Positions 12,223 through 24,507 of a DNA stretch of 64,000 nucleotides are shown piece after piece (the first letter of the stretch is position 1; the number at the start of each line of letters is the position of its first letter). Location: positions 1-64,000 of the forward strand of contig JAVECL010000048.1 of assembly GCA_051942245.1 (NCBI GenBank). Direction: 5' to 3'. Position numbers and translations under genes: made by a program. Origin of the DNA: Trypethelium eluteriae (lineage: Eukaryota). Under the pieces are notes generated by a model that was given only the letters and a program-made list of their open reading frames with translations, was not told the origin of the DNA and did not search any database.

Positions 12223-15200
12223 TTATAAGAACCTTTTCTCTACCCTCTCCTCGTAGCATTGAATTTGGTCTCCGATCTGGAACTCCTCCCAGTTCTCGAA
12301 GCCTATGCCGCATTCTGTTCCTTTTCTCATCTCGGACACGTCCTTTTTGACATTCTTCAATGAATTCAGGATTCCTACATATCATCAGCATTTGTTGACT
12401 TGTAACTCGTCCAGAGATACGACTTACCATCAAAGACGACTTCTCTCTCGCCTCTTAGAACTCTCACCTTCACTCCCCGGTTCACGACCCCATTTCGGAC
12501 CTTGCATCCCGCAATCTTCATCTTTTTGCGCCCTCCCACCCCAATTTCAAACTCTTCTGCGACCTCCGCTTCCCCCAGCACCCTTGTCGACACCGAAGGC
12601 TTTAAGTTCTCGCTCAGCTTTGCCTTCACGTCGTCCACAAGCCGATAAATGACATTCTGCTCTATCAATCCAACTCCCTTCCTCTCAGCCATCTGCGCCA
12701 TGCCCGGCTCCACCGTCGTATTGAAGCACACGATATATCCCTGCGCCGCTGCAGCGTGCTCAACGTCAAACTCCGAGACAGGCCCAACGCCCGAGCGTAG
12801 AACATGCGGCCGCACTTCCGGATGCGCGAGGGCCGATATGGAGTTCTCGACCGCCTCGACCGAGCCCGCAACATCGCCCTTGATGAGGAAGTTGACCTGC
12901 GTAGGACCTGTCGACTTCTCCTCCTGGACCTCCGCAGCCGGCACAGGAGCGACATCGCCATTAGCTTTAGCATCGGCAGCCGCAGCCGCGGTAGCAGCTT
13001 CACGTTCGCGCTTGTCCTGCTCGAGACGGCGGAACTCGTTGATGGCTTCCATGTCCTGGGCAAGCTTGACGCGCTCGGCCTTCTCCTCGCGGAAGGAGAC
13101 GACATCGGTGGCTTTCTGTTCGTTCGGCGCCTGTAGGACCTGGTCGCCCGCTGCCGGGAGAGCTCTCCAGCCGTCGACTTCAACGGGGGTCCCAGGTGTA
13201 GCGATGGGCACTTGGGCGCCTGCTTCATTGCGGAGCACTCGCACACGGGCCCAGGTGGTTCCTGCGACGAGAATGTCACCGGGAGAAAGGGAGCCGCGCT
13301 TAACGAGGACGGTGGCGACACGGCCAGCGCGCTTGGTCGTAGATTCGAGGACCCAGCCTTCGACCGGGCCGTCGGTTTCGCCGCGATGGTCGAGGATCTC
13401 GGACTGGGTGACGATAGACTCCTCGAGGTCCGGGATGCCGAGACCTGTCTTGCCCGAGACGCAGACAACTTGGACGTCGCCGCCGAAGTCCTCGACGTCG
13501 ATACCGTGGCGAGCAAGGTCGCCTTTGACGCGTTCGGGGTTGGCTCCTTCCTTGTCCATTTTGTTTATGGCGACAATGATGGGGACGCTGGCACCCTTGG
13601 CATGTTTGATGGCTTCGATGGTTTGGGGTTTTACACTATCGTCGCCTGCTACCACAAGCACGACAATGTCGGTTACGGTAGCTCCTCTTTTTCGCATGAC
13701 TTCAAACGCGGAGTGCCCTGGAGTATCGAGGAAGGTTATTAGCTTGCCAGAGGCAAGAGATACACTAAAAGCACCAATGTGCTGGGTGATACCTCCAAAT
13801 TCGCTTGCAGCCACACTGCTCTTTCTGAGGTAATCCAGAATCGTTGTCTTCCCATGATCGACGTGCCCCATGATTGTAACAACAGGAGGCCGCAATGGTA
13901 GGAGACTCTTGTCGTCCGCCTCAGGTCGCGGAAGGAGATCATAATCAGCCGAATCGCGTTCAGGAATGGCCTCACAGTTGTATTCCAGAGCTATCAATCC
14001 AGCATTTTCAGCATTCAGTATCTCATCGTGGGCCACATCGCCGTAGCCTAGATCTGCCATCTTCTCCACGAGATCTTCTGTGCGGATCTTAATCAACGTG
14101 GCAAGATTCGTGACACTAATGAAGGCAGGAATATAGATCTGCATTGGAGCTCCTTGAGCCTTCTTCTCTTTGCGGGCTGCCTTTTCGGCTTTCAGAGCTT
14201 TCTTATCCTGTCTCCAATTCGAAGATGCCTCATCCTCAAACTCGTCTTCGTAGACAAAATTTGAACGGCGCCGGTCCTTCTCCCTTCTGTCTCTCTGGCG
14301 CGGTGCCCGTTCGACAGCATCGCTACCCGTTCTAAATTCTGGGGTACGTTGCTGCCATTGCTGCACCTGCCGTTCAGTTTCACCCATTTTACGTTCATTC
14401 ATTTCGTTTGCCTCAGGACCACGCTGACCGAATCTTGATTGGGAAGAGATTTGCGGTCGGGGTGGGTCTCTTGATCTTGAGGCCGTCTGAGGACTCGAGA
14501 TACGTGAACTCTGCACCGCACAATCTTTAGCGAGATGTTCAGTGCTACCACAGCGAAAGCAGGCCCTTCTTGCAAACCTTGCCCTTACTGCGTCATTTTG
14601 TCGCTGCTCATTCAACGATACGAATCTGGCATCTGTTGCAGACTGCCACCTCTGTTGATGCTGCCGTCGGTATTCGGGCACCGGCTTTTCACTCTGAGGT
14701 AGACCGGTTTCGCGACGATTTGCTTGTGGTTGCAAGTTGCGCCAAGATGAGGCAAAGGGAGGTTCTACAGCGTCCTGAGAGGCGTTGCTAAGTTTACGTC
14801 CGTCATGATAATGAATTCGGAAAGCTGGGGAAAGGGGTTCTCGTCGTTCAGTCGGGTTTATAGGGTTCGAGGCTTGGTTATTTGGAGTGATCTTCCTATA
14901 GAGATCGTTAGGCATGACGCGTGGACGGGTAGGAAGCCTTTCCGGGTACATCGATTGCGTGCTCTTATCTCGCTCCTGCGTCCACTTATCGGTTTCTTGA
15001 CCATTCTCAGAACGAGTGCCTTCGGTCCTAGCAAAAAGCCTTTGTCTTGCCAATAGCTCCGCTGATGTAAGTCTTCCTGACTGTGCTTGCACATCATCGA
15101 ACCTTTGGGACTGTGTCGCTCCACCTGTGTTCCTATTTGCACCGCCGACCAATGCTTGTCTTGACTGTTCTTCTGCTGCTGTCAACCTTCGACTTTGCTG

Positions 15201-15707
15201 ATGTTGCAGTCCAGTGTAATCGCTCTGAAAGGCTTCCTGAGGAGCGTTGCCATTTCTCGCCAACAGAGCCTGTCTTGCTCGCTCCTCGACCGGCGACAAT
15301 TTGCGCTGACTCAATGGACTTTGCGCGGAGACTTGGAAAGTCGCAGCAATCTGCGGATTCTCTTCAGACGTCTGTGCTGCCCGAGGATAAGCATACTGCT
15401 GAGTAAATTGCGATGTAGATTGATCGTCGAGTGGACTCTGGACCTGCTTATTATGCTCAAACGAATCTTCGTTTTCTTGTACCTGGACTGCGGCAGCGCT
15501 AGCAGACTGATAAGGTGGTCGTGAATGATTTAGGTATCGCCGTTGATCCCTCAATATGCGTCGAGTGAGTGGGGATACGGGCTTGCCTCCATAGCCAAAG
15601 GAGCAGAAAATACACAATTGTGGCTGTAAAGGTACCTAGAGACTTGTCAGACCACTTAGATATATCTCAAAGGAACGCCATACTCTTAATGCATCTCTAC
15701 GCCTCAT
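12223..15707 (-). CDS. IFM1: Mitochondrial translation initiation factor IF-2
   Basis: RPPVVTIMGHVDHGKTT, GGITQHIGAF, FLDTPGH, AINKMD, IKGDVAGSVEA; short first exon from ATG 15707; last exon LNSLKNVKKDVSEMRKGTECGIGFE...RFL*. Confidence 0.93.
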
Positions 15708-15883
15708 ATTCCGGGAAAATGAGGCTTTCACGTTGTTAAGATTCGCCCAAAGAAAAAGTAATTGGAGGCTTCAGTCTAGTCGCAGGTGAGAACGCGGAGC
15801 CAGGATCTGCGGACCTTTTTTTCTTGACCTCCGAACTCGCGTCATGGACATTTTCCATCTCCATCTACATACCTTCATTTGCG

Positions 15884-17068
15884 ATGCTTTCTCGATCATG
15901 TTGTCGGCAAATCGTGGCTTCTAATAATGCCTTTACTAAGAATTCCTCATGTATATTAATAAATATCAATCCTTTAGTTCCAGTGGATTCATTTTCTCAG
16001 ACACCCTATAAATTTAACGCACTATTTCTTCACTCCTCTCAACATGCTTCGAACGCTCGATCTCCTGCGCAAAACACCTCACTTAAGCGTTCTCGCCCCC
16101 TATCGACAAAATCAGCATCGTCATCTCCTCCCAACGCCCATGGACAACCCCCGATAGCCCTCACGACCCTCCGCTCGCTTCTCAACCCCCCAGACACGAC
16201 TCTTCCCCCCGATCTACACGTCGCCACTCAGTCCCCCAACCAGTCCAAGCTCTCCTACTGGTACCACGTCGGCCGCTCCTACGCCATCTTCTACAAAACC
16301 GGCGTCTCCAACACCTGGTCCAACTACAAAGCCGCCCGCGCCATCCGCGACCGCCTCTCCCATGGCCCCTCTTCTTCGTCCTCCTTAACCCGCGCCGACC
16401 GCCTCCTCCTTCGCCGCAGCGTCTACGACATGCGCCGCATCCCCTTCTTCGCACTGCTCTTCCTCCTCGTCGGGGAATGGCTTCCGCTCCTCGTCCCCTT
16501 CATGCCGCGCGTCGTGCCGCTGACATGTCGGATCCCCGCGCAGGAAGACGGGATGCGGAAGCAGCAGGCGGAGTGGCGGGTCGGCGCGCTGCAGGAGCTC
16601 GAGCGCAGCGCGCCAGGAGGGGAAAGAGGCGGGAGGGAGTGGATCGAGGTGCTAGGGGAGATGCTGCATGCGTCGGCGTCGTCATCAGGCGAGCAAGGAC
16701 AGCAGCCGGTGCGGCAGGGCTTAGTGGGGAAGAGCGAAGAGGCGGTGCCGATGTGTCGCGTGCTGGGGCTGTATAGTCCGAAGTTCGACTGGGCGGTTGG
16801 GTCGCTACCTGGCTTTATGGCAAGGGGGTTCCTGGCTGGGCGGTTGAGGCAGCATCTGGAGTTTCTGAGGGCGGATGATCAAGAGCTGTTGGAGGCTGCG
16901 AGGAGGGCTGGTGGGTTGGAGCAGGTGGCTGTGGTGCTGTCGAAGGAGGAGAGGGTCAGGGCGTGTGAGGATAGGGGGTTGGATGTCTTTCAGCAGCGGG
17001 AAGAGGAGGTGAGAGGCATGCTGGTGCGTTATCTGGGCAGTGTCGCGCGAACGTCTAAAGGAACATAA
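15884..17068 (+). CDS. LETM1-like ribosome-binding-domain mitochondrial membrane protein
   Basis: LNPPDTTLPP, GRSYAIFYKTGV, LTRADRLLLRRSVYDMRRIPFF...GEWLPLLV...VPLTCRIP, LRADDQEL, ACEDRGLDV; intronless; presequence-like N-terminus. Confidence 0.8.
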   Translation: MLSRSCCRQIVASNNAFTKNSSCILININPLVPVDSFSQTPYKFNALFLHSSQHASNARSPAQNTSLKRSRPLSTKSASSSPPNAHGQPPIALTTLRSLLNPPDTTLPPDLHVATQSPNQSKLSYWYHVGRSYAIFYKTGVSNTWSNYKAARAIRDRLSHGPSSSSSLTRADRLLLRRSVYDMRRIPFFALLFLLVGEWLPLLVPFMPRVVPLTCRIPAQEDGMRKQQAEWRVGALQELERSAPGGERGGREWIEVLGEMLHASASSSGEQGQQPVRQGLVGKSEEAVPMCRVLGLYSPKFDWAVGSLPGFMARGFLAGRLRQHLEFLRADDQELLEAARRAGGLEQVAVVLSKEERVRACEDRGLDVFQQREEEVRGMLVRYLGSVARTSKGT

Positions 17069-18081
17069 GTGCTTGGGCTAAGTTTGATTTAGCAAGAGGT
17101 GAAGCAGAGGGCTATGAGGCTGCGGCTACGATATCATTCGGGTATGTGTTTCGAGTGGACAAAAACTTGCGCGATATAAGGCGTATAGTAAGAGTGCCGG
17201 GACGGACCAAACTTCTTACTCTGGGATCTAGATGGGGGAATAGAACATGGACTGGGAGCATTGACACAAGTCATTTTGTGCAGTCCATTGTATCATTGTA
17301 TTTTATAAGAACTCCTAAAGCAGTTGCAATTGTGAATTCGTAGAGTCTGTCAGTGTGCTCCAACCGGTCTCCAAGGATGTGAGTTTGTGACAATCTGGGT
17401 CGATTCCGGTGACCAGTATCCCGTGCCTATACACTCCCATATGTCACAATCAAATTGAGCGAGTAGGAGTTCGACAGTGGTGGATCTAATTGGCAGGTCT
17501 GCTAAGCGGAAGGCTTGCATGCCAAGCCCTGTTCAGGTAGCCACCAGCTTCAGCAGATACCTACTACGGGACGAACCGCGCCGTTGCAAGGGTTAGATGG
17601 TTGAAAGGAAATAAGCTGCAGCGACGGGGTCCCTTGTAAACTGCTCTTGCAGATCTTGGTAGTTTGAGCTGAGATAAGACAATCATTTCGGTAGTAGTCT
17701 CTTATGTCTCGCTTGAATCTACGCCTAACCACTAAATCGCGTTGGTGAGAACTCTGAGTGCAAGACTCAGGGCCAGACGCATTCGATCCCTGCTTCTTGG
17801 CAATACGGATTTCAATTGAAATGATAATCAAGTAGTTAGTTGGAATATTCCCATGAAACTAAGAGGAAAGTTGAGAGCTTGGAAGAATGGGGATATCCAT
17901 CACGCCTGTGGCGACCAATATGTATACCACGACCCTCCATGTTCCCAATCGCAAGTGCTGTAGATCCTAACCCATGCCCATACCGTCATTTGAGACATGT
18001 CTCCCAGCTCCCAAGTCGCAACCAATAAATGAAGCCAATTTTCAAGGACCAATGCGAACACGAAAATCATGAAAGGGGCAT

Positions 18082-19695
18082 CTACATGACATACAGCAAT
18101 TCTGTATTCAGGGGGTGACTGCAGCTGAGCTGCGGTTTCTGGCTGTACTTGCCCTGCAGCTCGTCTCGGATGCTTCTCAGGAGCTGCACGTAGCTCTGCT
18201 GTGGGTTCTTCTTTAGAGCTGATACGAAAGCCCAAGACATTGCTCCAGTAGCTTCTCCTGCTATCTGCGCGTCGGATCTGTCGGCACGTTAGTCAAAGAA
18301 CCACAGAAGGGGGTCGCCGGAGAGGTGACGTACGAAGTCTGTGAGTCTTTGCTTCCACTCCACATGATTACATCTGCTGCGCTGGTCTTGGTCCTGATAT
18401 TCCTTTCGTACGCATCATTGCCACTCGTCGCTTTCTTTATGAGTCCCATTCCAGTGCTCAGCATCGAACCGATATCGCCACGAGCGTAGCTTGAAACAAT
18501 CCCAAGTAAACCTTGCCCAGCTTCTTTCGCGAGGTTTGGCTCCTTGAGTACACCTTGGGTGCTGTAGATGTAGGGGAGATCAAGAGCCGAGCCGGAGTGG
18601 CATGAGTCGAAAATGGCAGTCAACCGAACACCAGCTTGTAGAGGTGCAACCCTATTGTGGGCCGCATTAGTTTTCCTCCATCTTTTCTTCAAAGGAAGCA
18701 AATGATATTCCGACTCACATGATCCGGTGCATTTCGTCGTCAACAATATGTCCAGCATTTCTAAAGTCCACAGGGTAAATGACTTCGTCGTACCCATCGT
18801 CTTCATCTCCATCCAGATCTTTAGTTTGACCACCGTGACCTAAAGGACGTCAGTTTCAATTGAGCAACTCTAAAGTGCCGGATCTTCGTACCAGAATAGT
18901 GAAAGAACAGCGAATCGTTCGGCTGCGCGTCTTTCACCAACCAATGCATCGCTCGCAAGATGTTCGCTTTTGTAGGCTGACTCATCGGATTTTGCTGATC
19001 GTCAGTCAAAATCACCATGTCTTCCCTCTTGTAGCCGAAATGCTGGTTTAAATAGGTTGACATGTTCTTGACATCGTTGATGCATCCCCTGAGTTGTCCT
19101 CTTTGGCTGAAATAATTTATGCCAATCAACAGCGCTTTCCTGCGACCAGTACAGGTCGAGTATTGGAAAGTGTATCCACCCGGAGCACCTGATCCAAAGT
19201 GCTGGGCTTGCTGAGGCGGAGGTGGAGGAGCGCTATGGTTGCCATGCATGTAGGCGCTGTTTTGATACGTAGGTGCTATAGTGACAATTAGCAATGGCTT
19301 TTAGATGCGAGTATCTTGCCTACCTGAGCTTTGGTTGTATTGGGGAGCTCCGTTCGGTGGTCCGTAACCGCCGTATTGCGGAGGCGGCGGCCCACTCTGA
19401 ACTTCATAAGATCATCTGCTCGATTGACGCCCCAGGATTTAACTCACATTGTATCCGCCATAGTTTACTGGAGGAGGAGGAGAGCCGTAGCCGTAATTTT
19501 GTGGTGGTTGTGGCGAAGGAGTTCCGTACCCGTAGCCTTGAGGCCTTTCTCACAGATTAGCATCGAAGTGCACTAAGCGGTACGCGACGGAACTTACGGC
19601 CCGTACTGAGGCTGTGGAGGATATCCTTGAGGGGGATACTGAGGAGGACCATATCCTCCTTGCTGGTGGTATTGTTGTCCAGGGTAGTAGGACAT
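18082..19695 (-). CDS. MCA1: Metacaspase-1 (type I, Pro/Gln/Tyr-rich prodomain)
   Basis: [33 protein letters not shown] (catalytic His), IFDSCHSG (catalytic Cys), [19 protein letters not shown]; several introns. Confidence 0.95.
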
Positions 19696-20786
19696 GGCGG
19701 ATGCTATTCGTGGTTGTGAGGTTCAAGGATTAGTTATGAGATGCCTCGCTTGCGATGAGGTCTTGCAAGTGGGGCAATTGGGTGCACGGCGAGATCGCGC
19801 GTCGCACAAGATCTCCCAAAGCTGTGCAGGTGGTCTTTGAATTGAAGTGTTGCGCAAGACAATGGGAATGGAAAATAGTTGGAGGATCGAAGGGCCAAGT
19901 AGGGCAGTAGGACGAGGTATTGGGCCGGAGGTAATATGACACAAAGAAGAATCCCTCGGATGGGTCCAAGCGGCTTAGTTAGTACCTTGAGTTAGTTGGG
20001 TTAGTGCCACTAGACGTGCACAAATCTTCGGCGAATGCTCTTGTGCCTGCAAGAGTCCAATCAAATTCATTGAATCTTGTGGAAGGTGTCGTGCAGTGCA
20101 GGGTGAATTAAATCCAGAGCGTTCCGACCAACTAAGGTAGGTAGACAGTCCTCTCACCCCCTCGAGAGCCACCTCTGCACCGCCGACAACGCCTAGTTGC
20201 CCATGAAAAATTTCGGTGAGAGAGGCTTGTTTCCAAGGGTACAGTGCAGAGTCCCCTGCGAAGTACAAAGTGAGAAGCCACTGCCTTGACGCAACGGTCT
20301 CTTCGACTCTTGACCACCACGCGCTCAAGTCGTGGCTTGCATGGCGCAAACTTCCAATAGGATGCTCGCTACTACGCATTTATGAAAGACTTCTAGCAAA
20401 TAAACTCATGCCAAGCTTTCTGTTTCCCGTGGCTTTCCCTTAGTTACTCTAGCGAGGTTACTTTCCAGGTCCAAGCCACCTCATGATTCGTAGGGCTAGC
20501 CACCGAAAGGTCTGGCTGTGCACCTCATCAGCATCCAATCCGTCCAGCGCGTCCTTCTGCTACTCCGCCTCACCTCATCACCGTCATCGTCTTTGCGACT
20601 GAAAGCTGCATGCTGGAGACGATGGTGGTCCGCAGCTGCAGGGAAGCGTGCTAGGGCTGCAGCAATAGTATGACCTCAGCCTCAAGACTAGCGAGAACAG
20701 CGAAGCTGCAACATGTCAGAACTGCTCGATCCATCATCACTGGCTGCCACAACAATGGAGGTCTGCAAGACATCCGGGGATCCTCC

Positions 20787-21037
20787 CCCTCAGGGTAAGG
20801 AAAAAGCGTCCGAATTTGACACAGACCATCCAAACAACAACAAATGCTTCTTGCCTCATATACTTGGGAATGAATGTTGGCTTATTTGGCCATTTATTCT
20901 ACAATCATCTCAGAATAGTCTCTTGGAGATTGTAGGCAGTGAAAATAAAAAAAACCTAGGTAAATGGGGGGAGGTAGAGCAGGAGATAGAGCGGATGGTC
21001 TGTGTCAAATTCGGACGCTTTTTCCTTACCCTGAGGG
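20787..21037. mobile_element. MITE-like non-autonomous element, 45-bp perfect TIRs, 5-bp TSD (CCTCC)
   Basis: 20787-20831 CCCTCAGGGTAAGGAAAAAGCGTCCGAATTTGACACAGACCATCC is the exact reverse complement of 20993-21037; CCTCC flanks both ends (20782-20786, 21038-21042); AT-rich interior without transposase. Confidence 0.85.
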
Positions 21038-22176
21038 CCTCCGCAGATCAAAGAACCTATGCCAATGCAATTCCCCTGTCGATCTCCCTTGGTTCACATC
21101 ATGCAGTGTCATGCCATCCATGGGAGAGAAAACCTCCCTGAAAGCCATCATCTCGAATCAATTGCAACAATACCCACACCAAGAGACACATCGGCGATCG
21201 TAGATCCCTGACACTGCAAAGATCAGCTACGCTCCTGCCACAATCCTGTCAGCTGCATACGGCTTGCTTTCCACACACGTATGCAATTCTATTCTCAGCT
21301 GTGAAGTATAGCTCCAACCGAGACGGAAAGCTAATGACAACCGGCCGATGTCACTCTCATCTAGATTTTGCGTTGGCATTGCTAAATATTTGCTCAACGT
21401 ATAGTCTCAAGCAATACTCCCCACAGATTGTTCACTTGAATGTAGAGCCAAATTGACCGTCTCATTGTCTTCGAATCGATCTATGGCTGATCTCCGACGG
21501 AGGGCTTCCTGGCCTCCATCCCTGCTGAAATTTCCAGCTGCGTCAATCACTCGCTGTCAATCGATTCCTCAAGTTCCAAGTCCGAACAACTTGGTCCTTT
21601 TACACGATTCGAGAGACTGATGCCTACAGGCACTTTCAGCAAATGCGATTGGTAAAGTTATTACCCAATGGCAAATCCGCTTTGACTTCTCTCCGCTCGA
21701 CAAAGTTGTTTGTTTACAATCATGACAGTCAACGAGATAGTAACAATCGCATAATCCTGGAGGAGTCCACGATCAAGGGCCCCCTCTTATGGGCGACATT
21801 TCTCTTATCGACCCTATATCGAAGGTCAACCAGGCCACTCATTGGGAGTTGAAAATGCCAGCGTCGAGATCCTCTGCTTGACTCGCCGGAGCAACGAACA
21901 TAACTGCTACGATTGTAGTTTGGCTTTGCGCAGAAGTGTTTTGGAACACATCAGCTATAACGGTCTGAGGAGCATACACGCAACACCACAGTTAAAAAGG
22001 CATTCAAACAAAGGTCATGGTGTAAGCTATAAGAATACATGGGAACCGAGAGTGAAAAGTACTGGTAACGGCCAATGGCTCCAGTCACGTATCCTGCCTT
22101 GCGTTCTTGATGCTTGGCTTTCATGAGTGTTGTCACTTCCGTTCATAATAAATGAGCTGGCTAGTAAGTGCGCTCA

Positions 22177-22688
22177 TTACAGAGCGCGATGCTCATTCGA
22201 GCAGTACTTGGCACCCTTGAGCCCGCTGCAGTTGGTGCAGCCAACGCAATCCTCGCAATCAACGCAATTCGAGCCTTCAAAGCCGTCAGTCTATCATTAT
22301 TTAGTCTAGCTCACGTCACATATAAGACTTACACATCTTGCAACCCACGCAGCGCAAGCAATTGCTGCACATTGAGCAGTCCTGGCACTCCTTACATGCG
22401 GATGACATAGTGCATCCTGTGGAGGTACCACAATTGGAGCTGAACTTGTTGGGCTTGTCATTAGGATTCGGAGCAGCTCTAGACCTTGCCGAAGGCTCCG
22501 CACCGGCTTGGCGTTCGCCAGTGGTAGCTATAGTTGTTTCATAGGATGGAGGCTGCTCTGGTGGAAGAGACTTGTCTCTGCCATGAGTAAGCAAGGAAAG
22601 GGAACTGAATCATCTAATCCCCTGGTACGAACAGGGGCTTTGAACTGACTCGTAAAATGAATGGTATGAAATATACGTACTCGGTCAT
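22177..22688 (-). CDS. Small Cys-rich (Cxx)n protein with N-terminal PPSY motif, 116 aa
   Basis: Exons 22681-22688, 22333-22577, 22177-22274 (351 nt) joined by GTACGT..CAG and GTAAGT..ACTGAC..AAG introns give MTEDKSLPPEQPPSY...CKECQDCSMCSNCLRCVGCKMCSNCVDCEDCVGCTNCSGLKGAKYCSNEHRAL*. Confidence 0.75.
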
Positions 22689-23306
22689 ACTGTAAGAGTC
22701 CAATCGAAGAATATCTCCGCCAAACGCTTGAAGACAACAAGAGTGAAGCTTGCAGCTAACGCTGACTGGTATATGCGCTCCGCTGTGTTAGAAGTTAGAA
22801 GTTATCAATGTCCGACCGCATCAAGTCCTGACTTCCAAAGACTTAGTAAAGTTCCTCCTAAAGTCCCTGGTCGATTGTCCCAAAGCTGGGCGAGCAAGGC
22901 CTCATATGCTTTTTGGGGAGGAACACGGAATTTATGTACCACGATGACTCATGCACAAACTAAGCGAAGAATAGCAAATAACGAAGCCAAGGCAAGGCGG
23001 TGATGTCGTGGGGTTGGTTCGCTGGGCGGTGGGGCTGAGCCTTTGGTGTGAGGTAGCGAGTTGAGGAAAAAGCAGGTAAGTTGCCCGATTACTCTGTCAT
23101 GTATGGAGTACACTTCCCTACATTCAGGGCACTCCGCAGGAACAATTTCAGAAACGTTAGCGTTTGACTAGATAGGCATTGAAAGGACATCAAATTTCAG
23201 GAAAGTTGGAAAGTATCAATGAAAAGAACCGCTATCTGGAGAGTAAAATTTTCCATTTCCGATTGTGTAAGCTAGGAGCGCCCAAGCCAAATTTTCGCTC
23301 TCTCTA

Positions 23307-24507
23307 TCAGTTCGAGACCCGTCTGAATTCCCGCAGCATCTTGACCTGATCGTCTTTTCTTCCCATGAAGGAAAAATACCAGCTCGGCTCACCATGCCGA
23401 ACACGGCAACCCTTGTCCCAGCTCTGCAACCTATTATGCATCCAATAGTCACTGTGCCTATCTCCATTTTTAGTCTTGGATTTTGAAGCATCCATGCAAT
23501 CCAAACACATGCCGTCGAAGTAGCGTTCTGCCTTCGTCGTCGCAAGCTTAATGAGACGGTGATAGTCGCGACGGCAGCTATCGCAACTATCTGGAGGCGG
23601 TGTCCAATCAAAATGCCCCGCACGCCAGATCATGTCTGAGATACTCGTCCCCTTGAAGGTAGTTTCAAATGGGAGAACTTCAAGATCACACATCTTCTTG
23701 AAGTACCCGAAGAAAACCCTCTCTTTGCAGGGGCAAGACTGGTCAAGGAGGGATCGGCATGCATCAAAAAGTCCGTCGTGAAGGATGTTACGGACTCTGC
23801 CTTTGGCGGCATTGAGTTGTTCTGGAGAGTCGTCAGCATAAAAAAGTCCAGATTATCACAAAGGGGGTTCAGGGAGCCAAATAGGATCAGAACATACGAA
23901 TGACTAGGTTTGGCAAGTGCAAGCTGGCTTTGAAAAACGGAGTCGACTCAGTAAGATGCCCTTCACCTTCGTGAACAAGTGTTTCGGTAGCCTCGGTGAA
24001 GGCTGCAGCCTGGTTGAAGATATAGGTCGGATACAGGGTCTGCCTTGCATAGTTCAAAGACGTAGCCCAAAAGACGTTGGATTGAAAGCATTTGTCGAAC
24101 CAGTCTCTGAGGGGCTCGAGGCTGAACCCAAAGAAGTCCGCTGTGTGGAGAACGAGCCACACCATATCCAGATCGACATCTTTGACATGGTGGTCCTTGT
24201 TGAAGTGAAGTTCGCGTAGAAAGGGATCAATCGCCCGGCAGGACTGATCTTTGAGCTCGACAATATCCTGATCACCTTCGACGAAATTGCTGGAAGGTTT
24301 GAGCATATTTGCCATAAATTTGGAAAAAGCTTGTTTGGAGACAAGATCACGTTTAACCTCGAAGTCCACGGTGGATTGAATGGGTTTGTTCGGTGCGACA
24401 AAGGCGTCGTCATATTCAATGACGCGAAGTGTTAGATCAAAGTCGGTGGCGAGGTTGACTTGTTTGTAAGTGCCAGAAGTCGGACTGTACGCAACGGTTG
24501 TCGACAT
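23307..24507 (-). CDS. Fungal BTB/POZ-like domain protein
   Basis: DLTLRVIE...FEVKRDLV...FMANML..FVEG..IVEL; HLTE..LHLP..I|QQLNAAKGRV; C-terminal YFDGMCLDCM and CRVRHGEPSWYFSFMGR; intron 23822-23897. Confidence 0.7.

Noticed and set aside
12649..13833. Long antisense and alternate-frame ORFs over IF2 (394 and 283 aa)
   Set aside because: Shadow ORFs of a GC-rich, codon-biased part of the IF2 gene; no independent motifs.
16140..17068. Sharp switch from C-rich to G-rich sequence inside the LETM1-like gene, suggesting a fold-back or chimera
   Set aside because: No true complementary arms seen and the frame is continuous; best explained as a within-gene compositional gradient.
17350..17480. GGGTCGATTCC T-loop-like motif suggesting a tRNA
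   Set aside because: Could not build a cloverleaf or find an A box.
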